Assembly (NCBI GenBank): GCA_965261735.1
Contig: OZ253470.1
Span: 2,272,001 to 2,336,000, forward strand
Direction: 5' to 3'
Source of the DNA: Alphaproteobacteria bacterium
Lineage (GTDB): Bacteria; Pseudomonadota; Alphaproteobacteria; SHVV01
DNA: 64,000 nt
The position numbers and the translations under genes are program-made. How positions within the stretch are numbered: position 1 is the first letter of the stretch; each line of letters begins with the position of its first letter. Below the pieces are notes generated by a model that saw only the letters and a program-made list of their open reading frames with translations, searched no databases and was not told where the DNA came from. Positions 1-10,039 of this stretch are shown here, piece after piece.

Positions 1-928
1 GCGTCGTGCGCCCGTCTATCTTGGTCTTGCGCCGCTTGCCGGTCTTGGTGACGTGGTCCTGGACGGCGATATGGGGGGTCACCTTGCGGTGCCGCAGTTC
101 CTCGACAAAATCCGCGACGTCAAAACCCTTGTCCCCGCCCACCGTGATCCGACGCCGCCCGCCTCTACTCTCCACCGGGCGATGCCTGTCGATCAGATCA
201 AGGGCGGCTTCGCGTTCCGCCGTGCCCGACGCAATGGTCACGCCGCCGCCGACTGCCAGACCATGGCGGTTCTCCGTCAGCGCATGGCCCATGTAACACA
301 GCTTGCTTTCCCGGCCATTACCCTTGCGATAAAGCCGGGCGTCCGGATCAGTGGTGCTTGCATGGGTCGCGTTCGAGCGTTTCTCGCCATGAAAATCCCG
401 CGCGGCGTTGCGCCCCGATCCCCCGTCGCCATCGTCCTCACCTTTGGGACGAAAGCTCTTCATCGACGCCCAGGCCTCGATCAATGTTCCGTCTACCGAA
501 AAATGATCCCGGCTCAATAGTCCCCCTACCTTGTGGTGCTGGATAACCCCCGCAAGCAGCTGCCCCGAAACCTCCGCCTCCAGAAGACGGTCCCGGTTGT
601 GGCAGAACGCGCTGGCGTCCCACACGCCATCGTCCAGCCCAAGCCCCACAAACCAGCAAAACAGCATGTTGAAGTTTAGCTGCTCCATCAGCTGACGCTC
701 CGAGCAGATCGAATAAAACGCCTGCAACAGTAACGCTCGAAGAAGCTTCTCCGGCGGGATCGATGGGCGACCCATGTGGGAATAAAGCGTCTCGAACTCC
801 GAAGATAGAGACCCCAATACGTCGTTCACGATCTCACGGATCAGACGCAGCGGATGATCATCCGGAACACGCTCTTCCAAGTCTACGTAGCTGAATAAAT
901 TGCCACTGCTTTGATCTCGACCCCGCAT
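1..928 (-). CDS. IS5-family transposase (DUF772 + DDE), 3' end outside window
   Basis: Manual translation from ATG 928: MRGRDQSSGNLFSYVDLEERVP..GRPSIPPEKLLRALLLQ..HFSVDGTLIEAWASMKSF..GDKGFD. Absent from the ORF track because it has no stop in the window. Confidence 0.9.
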   Translation of the reverse strand, partial: MRGRDQSSGNLFSYVDLEERVPDDHPLRLIREIVNDVLGSLSSEFETLYSHMGRPSIPPEKLLRALLLQAFYSICSERQLMEQLNFNMLFCWFVGLGLDDGVWDASAFCHNRDRLLEAEVSGQLLAGVIQHHKVGGLLSRDHFSVDGTLIEAWASMKSFRPKGEDDGDGGSGRNAARDFHGEKRSNATHASTTDPDARLYRKGNGRESKLCYMGHALTENRHGLAVGGGVTIASGTAEREAALDLIDRHRPVESRGGRRRITVGGDKGFDVADFVEELRHRKVTPHIAVQDHVTKTGKRRKTKIDGRTT

Positions 929-1002
929 GCCATCCTCCATCACTCGAAGGAATCACAGAATCATGTCACAACTGCAAAGGCGAGGACTTTTTCAGCAGCC
1001 TG
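1..1002 (-). mobile_element. IS5-family insertion sequence, partial (runs off left edge)
   Basis: Terminal sequence CAGGCTGCTGAAAAAGTCC (minus strand, ends at 1002) abuts a CTAG target at 1003-1006; encloses a transposase ORF. Confidence 0.85.
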
Positions 1003-2886
1003 CTAGACGCGTTGCGCCGCCAGGTCGAAGAGATCGGCGATGATTTCGATCCCGACGGCGCGCTTGCCGATGCCATAGAAGCCGCCGGCAACGTGATACT
1101 CCCTTTCTCCTTCATCTTTCGCGCCGATGATGATCCCTTGCGGAGCCGGGAGCGCGCCGCTTCCAGGGCGGTTGGCAGCTGGGCCTATCAGGGCACGCGC
1201 CTCGCCGAGTCTGAGGAGCCTCGCCTGCCGCTACGCGCGGATGACCTGTTCCCTCCGGTGAACCGGATCGCTAAGCGCGCCCTGAGCGGCGGCCACGTGA
1301 ACGTCGGGCGCGAATCCGACGGCACCACGCGCTACGAATACCCGGTGCTCGCGTATCAGGGAAAGTACTACCCCTCGCTCTCGGTCCAGGCGGCGCGCGC
1401 TTTTCTCGGCATTGCGCCGGGTGAGGTTGTCGTCACGCTCAACAAAGGCCTTCAGCTCGGCCCGCTTTGGCTTCCGACCGATGATCGCATGCGTATGGTC
1501 GTCAACTTCTATGGGGTCGGCGGGACCATCCCGATCCACTCGTTCACCGATGTCGTCAACGGCAAGAAGGCGCCATCCCACTTCGCCGACAAGATCGTCC
1601 TGATCGGCGCCAACGCCACCGGCATCAAGGATGAGTTCATCACGCCGTTCTCGCCAAACCTCTCCGGTACCGAGCGGCTCGGCATCGTCATTGACAACAT
1701 CCTGCAACAGCGCTTCATCGCGCGGCAGAGCTATTACTGGTTCATCGATGCGGCGATCGCCATTACCGGCGGCCTGATCCTCGGAGTGGCGGCGTCCAGG
1801 CTCTCGGCCTTTGCGTTCAGTTTCTTCACTCTGGCACTGGGGGTGGCGCTCATTGTCGGCAATCAGCTGGCCTTTGCGGTCTACAACCTGTGGCTCAACG
1901 TCACCCTGCCGGCGGCGGCCCTGCTGATCGCCTATAGTTCGCTCAGCATCTACCGCTATTTCGTGCAGGAGCGCAGCGCACGCGAGATTCGCTCGGCCTT
2001 CAGCCATTACATCCACCCCGATATGGTCAGGGTTCTGGCCGCCGACCCGGAGCGGCTGGTTCTCGGCGGCGAGATGCGGACGATGACGCTATTGTTCGCC
2101 GACATTCGCGGCTTTTCCACGATCGCCGAGCACTTCAAGAGCGATCCCCAAGGGGTGACCCGCCTGATCAACCGTTTCCTGACGCCAATGACCGACATCA
2201 TCATGGACCGCCGCGGCACCATCGATAAGTCCATGGGCGACTGCATCATGGCGTTCTGGAACGCGCCGCTCGATGATGCCGAGGACGCGGCACACGCCTG
2301 CGACGCGGCGCTTGCCATGATCCGCGACCTGGCCGTTCTCAACGACGCCTTGAAGCGGGAGGCGGAGGCCGAGGGACGCCCCTTCCACGTCATCGAGATC
2401 GGTGTCGGCCTCAACACGGGCGAATGCTGCGTCGGCAATCTCGGCTCGGAGCAACGATTCGATTACTCGGTGCTCGGCGATGCCGTGAATCTGGCTTCGC
2501 GGCTGCAGGGGCAGTGCAAGGCCTATGGCGTCGACATCGTGATCGGTGAGGAGACGCGCAGCGCGGCGCCTGACTTCGCGACCGTCGAGCTCGACCGCAT
2601 CGCCGTCTCGGGCAAGACCGAGGCGATCCGCGCGTACGCCCTGGTGGGAGACGAATCGTACAAGGCCGATCCACGGTTCCAGGATTTCCTGGCCGTTCAC
2701 AACGCGATGCTCGCGGCCTATCGATCGCGCGACTGGGCCCGGGCGCGTAATTTGATCCGCGAGTGCCTGCGCCTCAATCCGGACCTTCGCGCCCTTTACG
2801 CTCTCTACGGCGCGCGGATCGCCCAGTTCGAGGAAGCGCCGCCGCCAGAGAGCTGGGATGGGGTGTTCGTGGCAGTTGCCAAGTAA
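1003..2886 (+). pseudogene. CHASE2-domain class III adenylate/guanylate cyclase, 5' end cut by IS5
   Basis: Frame starts mid-CHASE2 at the IS junction; KIVLIG, three TM helices, LFADIRGFS, TIDKSMGD, GDAVNLASRL. Confidence 0.85.
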
Positions 2887-2895
2887 GGCGAACCA

Positions 2896-4122
2896 TTGAG
2901 GGGCAGGTACCTCGGAGGGATCGCCGCACTGGGTGTGCTTCTAGGCCCGGTCGTTCAACCCGGGGCCCAGACCTTTATCGAGGCCCTGGTGGACGGCCGG
3001 CCAACCATCGACGTGCGCTACCGCCTCGAGAATGTCGATCAGGACGGTTTCGCCCGCGAGGCGCTGGCCTCGACCTTGCGTACGCGGATCGGCTACGAAA
3101 CGCGAAGTTACGAAGGCTTCTTCGCCTTCGTTGAGATCGAGAACGTCAGCGCCGTCGGCAACGAGGCGTTCGATGACACGATCGAGGGTCGAGCGCGGTT
3201 TCCGGTCGTCGCTGACCCGGAGACCACTGAAATCAACCAGGCGGTGCTCACTACCGACCGGTTGCCCGATTCGCTGGTGCGGCTGGGGCGCCAGCGAATC
3301 GACTTCGACAATCAGCGCTTCGTCGGCAACGTCGGCTTCCGCCAGAACCAGCAGACCTTTGACGCCGCGCTCATCACCAACCGCTCATTGGTCGATACCA
3401 TCGCCACCTACGCCTACGTTCACAACGTGAACCGGGTGCTCGGTGATGATTCGCTCGACGGCGATTTCGAATCCGAGAGCCACCTGATCAATCTCGCCTA
3501 CGAGGGGCTCCGCCTCGGCCGCCTCTCGGCCTACGCCTACCTCATCGATCTCGACAACCAGGCCGCCCTGTCGTCGCGGACGTTCGGGCTCCGCTTCGCC
3601 GGCAGCCATCGCTTCTGGTTCAACCGCGACGTCGGTATCGTTTATGCGGTCGAGTTTGCCCGGCAGAGCGACCACGCCGGACACCCGGGCGATTACGACG
3701 AGAGCTACGTGCTCGTGGAACCCGGTATCATCTATGGCGATCTGGTGGCGAGACTCGGCTATGAGCTTCTCGGCGGCGACGGCGCCAACAGCTTTCAGAC
3801 GCCGCTCGCTACGCTGCACGGCTTCAATGGCGTTACCGATAAGTTCCTGGTGACGCCGACCGCCGGTCTCGAGGACCGCTTCGCCCGGGTCTCGTATGAG
3901 CTGGAAGAGCTCGGGCCGTTCGAATCGGCGGTGCTCAGTGCCGCCTATCACGACTTTCGCTCCGACCGCCTCGACCTCGACTTCGGCTCGGAATGGAGCG
4001 TCAAGGCGGAGCTGAAGGTCAGCACCGCGTTCTCCGTGTCGCTGGAATACGCGGATTTCGACGCCGATCTCATCTCGACCGATACCCAGATCATCTGGAC
4101 CACGCTGCAAGTTCGATTTTAG
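2896..4122 (+). CDS. Alginate-export-family outer-membrane beta-barrel protein
   Basis: Signal peptide, RFVGNVGFRQNQQTFDA and FQTPLATLHGFNG motifs, C-terminal Phe. Confidence 0.75.
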   Translation: MRGRYLGGIAALGVLLGPVVQPGAQTFIEALVDGRPTIDVRYRLENVDQDGFAREALASTLRTRIGYETRSYEGFFAFVEIENVSAVGNEAFDDTIEGRARFPVVADPETTEINQAVLTTDRLPDSLVRLGRQRIDFDNQRFVGNVGFRQNQQTFDAALITNRSLVDTIATYAYVHNVNRVLGDDSLDGDFESESHLINLAYEGLRLGRLSAYAYLIDLDNQAALSSRTFGLRFAGSHRFWFNRDVGIVYAVEFARQSDHAGHPGDYDESYVLVEPGIIYGDLVARLGYELLGGDGANSFQTPLATLHGFNGVTDKFLVTPTAGLEDRFARVSYELEELGPFESAVLSAAYHDFRSDRLDLDFGSEWSVKAELKVSTAFSVSLEYADFDADLISTDTQIIWTTLQVRF

Positions 4123-4148
4123 GGTCGCCGGTCAGATCTCGGTTCGAC

Positions 4149-5345
4149 GTGAAGCGGCCCAATCCTGCCTTTTTCGTGCTTGCCGCCGGCTTCGTCCTGC
4201 TGCTGTTCAACGGCGGTTCGCGCTTCATCATGGGCCTGACGCTGGGGCCCATGACGGACGATCTAGGTTGGAGCCGCAGTACGCTATCGTTGACCGTGAC
4301 CGTCTTTCTGGTCGTGTCTTCGCTTGCCCTCCCGATCGCGGGACGACTGATCGACCGCTACGACGCCAGGTTCGTGCTCGCGTCGTCGGTGCTCCTTGCC
4401 TGCGTGAGCATCGCCCTCATGGGTGCCGTCGAGACGCCGCTTCAAGCGGTGATTCTCTACGGAATCCTGTTTGCGCTGGCCAGCGCTTCCACCTCGGTAC
4501 CGGCGATCGGCGCCATGATCAGTCAGTGGTTTCCTGACCGGATCGGCGCCGCCAACGGCATCGCGATATCCGGGTCAGGCATCGGGCAGCTCGTGATCAT
4601 CATGGTGCTCACGACGCAGCTTGAAGAGCTTGGATGGCGTGGCTCGTTCCTGGTTCTGGGCGCCGCCGGACTGGTGCTGATCCTGCCGATGGCGTTTTTC
4701 GCCGTCTCGCCGAGCTCAGCGCGTGGTGTGGCGGGCGGGCGCAGAGCCGGGCGCGACCAGATCGTTCCGGTGGTACTTTCAGCTCGCGCGATCCTGCGCT
4801 CTCGACAATTGTGGCTGCTGTTGGCGGTCTATGCCATCTGCGGGTTTCAGGATCATTTCGTGGCCACCCACGTGGTCGCGTTCGCCCGCGACCAGGGCAT
4901 CGGCGTTTTGCTCGCCGGCAATCTCTTCGCGTTCATGGGGCTGTTCGGGCTCGTCGGCGTTATCGGCTCGGGCTATCTGTCGGATCGTGTCGGTCCCGTT
5001 GTGCCGGCATCGATCTGCTTCGCCTTGCGAATCGCCATCTTCACCCTCGTGATAGCGAGCAGAGAGCCATTCGCGATCGCTGGTTTTGCCCTTCTCTACG
5101 GGCTCACATTTTGGATCACGGCGCCACTCTCGGTTGTCTTCACCCGCCAGCACTTCGGCGCTTCGCACCTTGGTACCATCGCCGGGTTCATTACGATGGT
5201 CCACAATGCTGCCGGGGGGCTGGGAGCCTACGTCGGCGGAGCCGTATTCGATACGTCCGGGAACTATGACGCGGTATTCCAGCTGGCACTCGGGCTATCG
5301 ATCGCGGCGTTGTTGCTGACCACGATGATTCGGCCACAAAGCTAA
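4149..5345 (+). CDS. MFS transporter
   Basis: About 12 hydrophobic segments, GRLIDRYD and GYLSDRVG loop motifs; GTG start chosen after the porin stop. Confidence 0.85.
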   Translation: MKRPNPAFFVLAAGFVLLLFNGGSRFIMGLTLGPMTDDLGWSRSTLSLTVTVFLVVSSLALPIAGRLIDRYDARFVLASSVLLACVSIALMGAVETPLQAVILYGILFALASASTSVPAIGAMISQWFPDRIGAANGIAISGSGIGQLVIIMVLTTQLEELGWRGSFLVLGAAGLVLILPMAFFAVSPSSARGVAGGRRAGRDQIVPVVLSARAILRSRQLWLLLAVYAICGFQDHFVATHVVAFARDQGIGVLLAGNLFAFMGLFGLVGVIGSGYLSDRVGPVVPASICFALRIAIFTLVIASREPFAIAGFALLYGLTFWITAPLSVVFTRQHFGASHLGTIAGFITMVHNAAGGLGAYVGGAVFDTSGNYDAVFQLALGLSIAALLLTTMIRPQS

Positions 5346-5391
5346 GCCGCGACCCTCGCACTGGGTTGCTTGGAGCAATTCGCGCCGTCAT

Positions 5392-6324
5392 TCACTCGCG
5401 CGTGCCGCGCGTCCGGCGCGCCGCGACATAGAGGCCGGCGAACACCAGCGCCGTGCCGACGAGGTGAAATGCCTGCAGGGTCTCGCCCAGCAGGGCGACG
5501 GCCAGGGCCGCGGTGAAGACCGGCATGAGGTAGAAGACCGTGCCCGCCTTTCCCGGTCCGACGTGGGCGATGGCGGTGTTGAGGAGGAGGACCGCGCCTA
5601 TTGAGACGAGGATCGCGATGTAGAAGATCGTTCCCACGGTCGCGAGGTCGAAACGGACGCGCGCGCCGCCGATCAGCATCTCGCCCAGGTAGACGGGCAG
5701 GGTGCAGAGAAACGCTGCAACGAGAATCGCTTCGAGCAGGACCAACGGCGAGAGCGCGGCGGGAACGCGGCTGACCGCCACCGCGTAGGCCGCGAAACTC
5801 AAGATCGCGAGCTGGACCCAAAGGTCGCCGACCACGAATTCGAGGGCGAGCAGGGACTGGAAATCGCCGCGCGCGATGACGGTCAGGGCGCCGGCGATCG
5901 CAATCGCGAGGCCCAGGATCTGACGCAGCGAGATCTGGTGGCCGAGCAGTAGCCAGGCGAGCGCGATGGTGAGCACCGGCCGCGTCGCATCGATCACGCC
6001 GGCATTGATCGCCGTCGTCGTGTGCAGCCCGACATAGAGAAACGCCTGGCCGCCGACGGACTGGGTAAAGCCGAGCACGAGGATCAGCTTCCAGTGCTCG
6101 CGCAACACGGGAAGCTGGGCCCGGAGCCCGCCCAGCACGAAGGGCAGCAACAGGAGCGCGGCCACCGCGCCACGCCAGAAGGTAAACCCCATCGGCGGGA
6201 TGTCCTCGCGCACGGCCCGGCCGACGATCGAATTGCTGGCGAACAACAGCACCGTCACCGTCACCAGGAAGTAGGGCGCCCACGCATGGCGCGTGAGGAA
6301 GCCTGGCGGCGGCCCGAGGCTCAC
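5392..6324 (-). CDS. DMT/EamA-family transporter
   Basis: 310 aa, about 10 TM, two EamA halves (YVGLHTTTAINAG; LLGETL). Confidence 0.85.
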   Translation of the reverse strand: MSLGPPPGFLTRHAWAPYFLVTVTVLLFASNSIVGRAVREDIPPMGFTFWRGAVAALLLLPFVLGGLRAQLPVLREHWKLILVLGFTQSVGGQAFLYVGLHTTTAINAGVIDATRPVLTIALAWLLLGHQISLRQILGLAIAIAGALTVIARGDFQSLLALEFVVGDLWVQLAILSFAAYAVAVSRVPAALSPLVLLEAILVAAFLCTLPVYLGEMLIGGARVRFDLATVGTIFYIAILVSIGAVLLLNTAIAHVGPGKAGTVFYLMPVFTAALAVALLGETLQAFHLVGTALVFAGLYVAARRTRGTRE

Positions 6325-6464
6325 TTCCGTTGCATCTCCGCTTTCATCGCGACACCCCTTGTGACTGCCGGGCCCTGGGCGGGGTATAAGAGCCCGTTCG
6401 CTCGACGATAAATATAGCCTGGGCGTCGCGCAAAAGCCGGCGTCAAAAAGCCCGGGAGGCCCTC

Positions 6465-7343
6465 ATGGCGTTCGACGACATGCCCGATCGCGGCCGGCTC
6501 ATGCTGCCCGGGGCCCATGACATCACCGACCGCATGCTGGCGATGTCGAAGGACATCGTGCCCGGCCAGCGCTGCGACCTCGACGTCGCGTACGGCGCCG
6601 ACTTCTACCAAAAGCTCGACGTCTTCCTGCCCGCCGCGGAAGGCTTGAGCGGCTTACCCGTGCTGATGTTCTTTCATGGCGGCGCCTGGCGCCACGGCTT
6701 CAAGGAGTGGGAGGGCTTCATCGCGCCCAACATCACGAGCTTGCCCGCCATCTTCATCTCCGGGAACTACCGCCTCGCGCCCGAGGCGAAATGGCCGGCC
6801 CCGCTCGACGACGTCGCCGACGCCCTCGCGTGGGTGTGCACGAATATCGCCCGCTACGGCGGCGATCGCGATCGGGTCCTCATGGGCGGGCACTCCGCGG
6901 GCGGCCACCTCACCTCGATGCTGACGCTGAGGCCAGAGTATTTGGGCGCGCGCGGCCTGCCCGAGGACGCGATCAAGGCCTGTCTGCCGATGAGCGCGGT
7001 GTTCGACCTCAGACTCGACCGCTTCCCGGCCGGCGGGACGCGCGAGAGGGGCGCGCTCAACCTGTTGGTGGACCGCGCCGACGCTTACGACGCGACCCCG
7101 GCCGAGCACGCCGCCGGCAACCGCACGCCCTTCTACATCAGCTACGGATCGGACGACACCGACGACATCAAGGCCGACGCGGCCACCATGGCGCCGCTGC
7201 TGGAGCGCGAGGTCGGGGTCGTCGAAGTAGAGGTGTTCGACGGCTTGAGCCATTTCGCGACCAACGAGGCCTGCGCCGACCCCGATTTCGCGTGGATAAG
7301 GAAGGCGCGCGCGTGGCTCAGCGCGCCGCCCGCGCGCCCTTAG
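6465..7343 (+). CDS. Alpha/beta hydrolase (arylformamidase/HSL-like)
   Basis: FFHGGAW oxyanion motif, YRLAP, GHSAGG nucleophile elbow, C-terminal His; RBS GGGAGG. Confidence 0.85.
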   Translation: MAFDDMPDRGRLMLPGAHDITDRMLAMSKDIVPGQRCDLDVAYGADFYQKLDVFLPAAEGLSGLPVLMFFHGGAWRHGFKEWEGFIAPNITSLPAIFISGNYRLAPEAKWPAPLDDVADALAWVCTNIARYGGDRDRVLMGGHSAGGHLTSMLTLRPEYLGARGLPEDAIKACLPMSAVFDLRLDRFPAGGTRERGALNLLVDRADAYDATPAEHAAGNRTPFYISYGSDDTDDIKADAATMAPLLEREVGVVEVEVFDGLSHFATNEACADPDFAWIRKARAWLSAPPARP

Positions 7344-8671
7344 GCGCCCGCGAGCAGGTCGTGCAACCAGCCTGCGTACGCGAAGAGCGCCGCGTCGCGC
7401 TCGGCCAACCCGATTAGCTGCAAGCCGACGGGCAGGCCCTGAATCGTCATGAGCGGCAGCGTGAGCGCCGGTACGCCGAGCACCGAGGCCGGCAGGTTGA
7501 AGGCCGGGTTGCCGGTGTGTTCGAGCCCCACCGGAGCCGGCCCCGTGGCGCCGAGGGTGAGAAAGCCATCGGCCCGGTCGGCGAGCGCTGAATACCGCTC
7601 GCGCAGGCGCTCGCGCTCGGCCGTGGCGGCGCGATAGTCATCGAGGGTCATGGACTCGACCGTCTCCAGCACCCCCTCCAGGATGGGGCTGAGGAGACCC
7701 GGGCCGCGATCGCGATAGTCGTTCAACGGCCAGCGAATTTCCCAGCTATTGATCGTCCGCGAGAGCTCGCCCGCGCGGTCGATGGCCGCTTCGAAGGCCT
7801 CAATTTCGGGCCAGTCCCTCCGTGATACCACCTCGACGCGCGCGTCCCGTAGCCGGGCGAGGTAGTGCTCGAGTGTCTGCTTGGCCTCGCCGTCGGCCTT
7901 CTCCCATCCCCTGGTCTCGAGCCGGATGACGCGGCGCAGCGGCGCGGACTCGGGCACGCCCGCGTCCCCGTACAGCCCGGGAGTGCCGGGATCGCCACCG
8001 ACGCGGCGGGCGATGTTGTGGGCGACGAGCCACGAGTCCGTGAGGCTCGCGGCAATGACGCCGAGGCAGCTCTGCGACATGTAGTCGTGGCAGCCGCCAC
8101 GGTTCGGCTTGAAGCCGTAGGCCCCGCAGTAGCTCGCCGGGCGGATAATGGAGCCGACCACCTGCGTGCCCAGCGCGGCCGGGATCATGCCGGCGCCGAC
8201 GGCGGCACCCGAGCCGCTGTTCGAGCCGCCCGGCGTCCGGCTCGTATCGAGTGGGTTGCGGCTCGGCCCCGGAAAGGGCCCGGCGAACTCGCACGTCACG
8301 GTCTTGCCCAGGATGACCGCGCCGGCATCCCTGAGTGCGCGCACACACGCCGCATCGCGCCCCGAGTGCCAGCCCTCGTACACGGGCGAGCCCATCTGTG
8401 TCGGCATGTCGCGGGTTTCGATGACGTCCTTGATGCCGATCGGCATGCCGTCGATGGGCGAGAGCGGCGTGCCGGCGCGGTAGCGGGCCGAGGCCTCGTC
8501 GGCGGCCTTGCGCGCGCCCTCGACGTTGAGCGTGACGAAAGCCCGGACCTCGGCCTCGCGCGCCTCGATCCGCGCGAGGCACCCCTCGAGGTAATCGCGC
8601 GGCGATTGAGCGCCCTCGAGAAACGCCGCTGTCGAGCGGGAGAAAGGCCGGAGTGCGTCTCCTTCAGCCAT
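7340..8671 (-). CDS. Amidase-signature family protein
   Basis: GIKD, TPGGSNSGS, GTQVVGSIIRPASYCG; ATG 8671 after RBS GAGGGAG. Confidence 0.85.
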   Translation of the reverse strand: MAEGDALRPFSRSTAAFLEGAQSPRDYLEGCLARIEAREAEVRAFVTLNVEGARKAADEASARYRAGTPLSPIDGMPIGIKDVIETRDMPTQMGSPVYEGWHSGRDAACVRALRDAGAVILGKTVTCEFAGPFPGPSRNPLDTSRTPGGSNSGSGAAVGAGMIPAALGTQVVGSIIRPASYCGAYGFKPNRGGCHDYMSQSCLGVIAASLTDSWLVAHNIARRVGGDPGTPGLYGDAGVPESAPLRRVIRLETRGWEKADGEAKQTLEHYLARLRDARVEVVSRRDWPEIEAFEAAIDRAGELSRTINSWEIRWPLNDYRDRGPGLLSPILEGVLETVESMTLDDYRAATAERERLRERYSALADRADGFLTLGATGPAPVGLEHTGNPAFNLPASVLGVPALTLPLMTIQGLPVGLQLIGLAERDAALFAYAGWLHDLLAGA

Positions 8672-8730
8672 GACATCTCCCTCGGGCACGGCCGTCTCGA
8701 TGCGCCGGCGGTGGGCGGTGCTTTCGGTGC

Positions 8731-9534
8731 CTAACCGTGGGCGCTGACGCGGCGGAACGCCACGCGTCCACCGCCGCTGTAGTCGCCGAGCGCGTTGTGA
8801 AGGTTGCACCGGTTGTCCCAGATCACGAGATCGCCGGGGATCCAGTGATGGCGGCAGGTGAACGCCGGCTGCGTGCAATGCGCGGCCAGGAAGCCGAGCA
8901 GGGCGTGGCTCTCGGCAGGCGTCAGCCCGACGATCTCCGTCGTGAAGCCGGGGCTGACGAACAGCGTCGTGCGCCCCGACTCGGGATGCTTGCGGACCAG
9001 CGGGTGGACCGCCGGCGGGCGCTCCTCGTGGCCGCGCACGAACGCCGCCGCGCTATGCACCGCCTCCAGCGTCGCGAGATAGCCCTGCATGATCGGCGAG
9101 AGCGCCTCGTAGGCGGCATAGAGGTCGGCGAAGCATATGTCGCCGCCCTTGGGCGGCATGGCCTCCACATACAGGAGCGAGGCGCCGGCCCACTCGTCCT
9201 CGTTGGCGTAATCCGAGTGCCACGCGCTGCCGGTGTCCACGAATTCGCGGACCGTCGGCGCCTGCCCGACGTCGTAGGAAACCTGGTAGATTTCGGGATG
9301 GCCGGGCACCGCATGCTCGCGCGAGTCGGCCTCGAAGAGTGCCCCGAAGCGGGCGCCGAAATCGACTTGGTGGCGCGGCGTGAGGACCTGATCGCGCACC
9401 ACCATCACGCCGTCGTGATCGAGCCAGGTCTGGTGGAGTTCGTTGAACAGGTTGTCGCCCAGCGGTTTGGCCAGGTCGATGCCGACGATCTCGACGCCGA
9501 AGGCGCCTGCCAGTCGGCTCGCGGTGTACGTCAT
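8731..9534 (-). CDS. TauD/TfdA-family Fe(II)/2-oxoglutarate dioxygenase
   Basis: WHSD (HxD), HPLVRKHPESGR, WDNRCNLH. Confidence 0.9.
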   Translation of the reverse strand: MTYTASRLAGAFGVEIVGIDLAKPLGDNLFNELHQTWLDHDGVMVVRDQVLTPRHQVDFGARFGALFEADSREHAVPGHPEIYQVSYDVGQAPTVREFVDTGSAWHSDYANEDEWAGASLLYVEAMPPKGGDICFADLYAAYEALSPIMQGYLATLEAVHSAAAFVRGHEERPPAVHPLVRKHPESGRTTLFVSPGFTTEIVGLTPAESHALLGFLAAHCTQPAFTCRHHWIPGDLVIWDNRCNLHNALGDYSGGGRVAFRRVSAHG

Positions 9535-9703
9535 GCTCGCCCACCTCGTCGTGGTCTTTGAGGCCACTAGGATAGTTGAGAATCGACGGCGGCACTAGAC
9601 GTGGCGGCGGTTGTCTGCCGGCGCCGGGGCCTTTCGGCGGTTGCGCGAAAGGAGCGGCTGGCGGATGCTGGGCCGGGCAAGGGAAGGCGCACGGAGGTGG
9701 GTC

Positions 9704-10039
9704 ATGGCCGACGGCCACGCGATTCAGGAGGTCGAGAACGCGCTCGAAAAGATGGACCTGCGGGATCGCCCCGACGTTCGCCGCGTGGCGCGATGGCTCG
9801 TTTTCGTGTTGCGCGGTGGCAAGGACCCGCGTGTCGAGGCCGGCGCCACCATTCTCACGGCCGTCGGCATGCTCGCGATGGCCGCCGAGAGCCCGGGACT
9901 CGAGCCGCAGGAGGCCGACTACGTACGCCGCGCCGTCGACCGGGCCGCGGGCCGGCTCAAGCTGATGGCCGAGGACATGCGGGACCTCGCACCCGAGGAG
10001 CCGTTCCCATGGAGCGACGCCGGCGGCGAGGCCGGGTGA
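9704..10039 (+). CDS. Hypothetical protein
   Basis: RBS GGAGG, ATG 9704, GC3-rich codon use; no recognised motif. Confidence 0.6.
   Translation: MADGHAIQEVENALEKMDLRDRPDVRRVARWLVFVLRGGKDPRVEAGATILTAVGMLAMAAESPGLEPQEADYVRRAVDRAAGRLKLMAEDMRDLAPEEPFPWSDAGGEAG

Noticed and set aside
53-520. Plus-strand ORFs at the window start
   Set aside because: Antisense shadows of the IS5 transposase.
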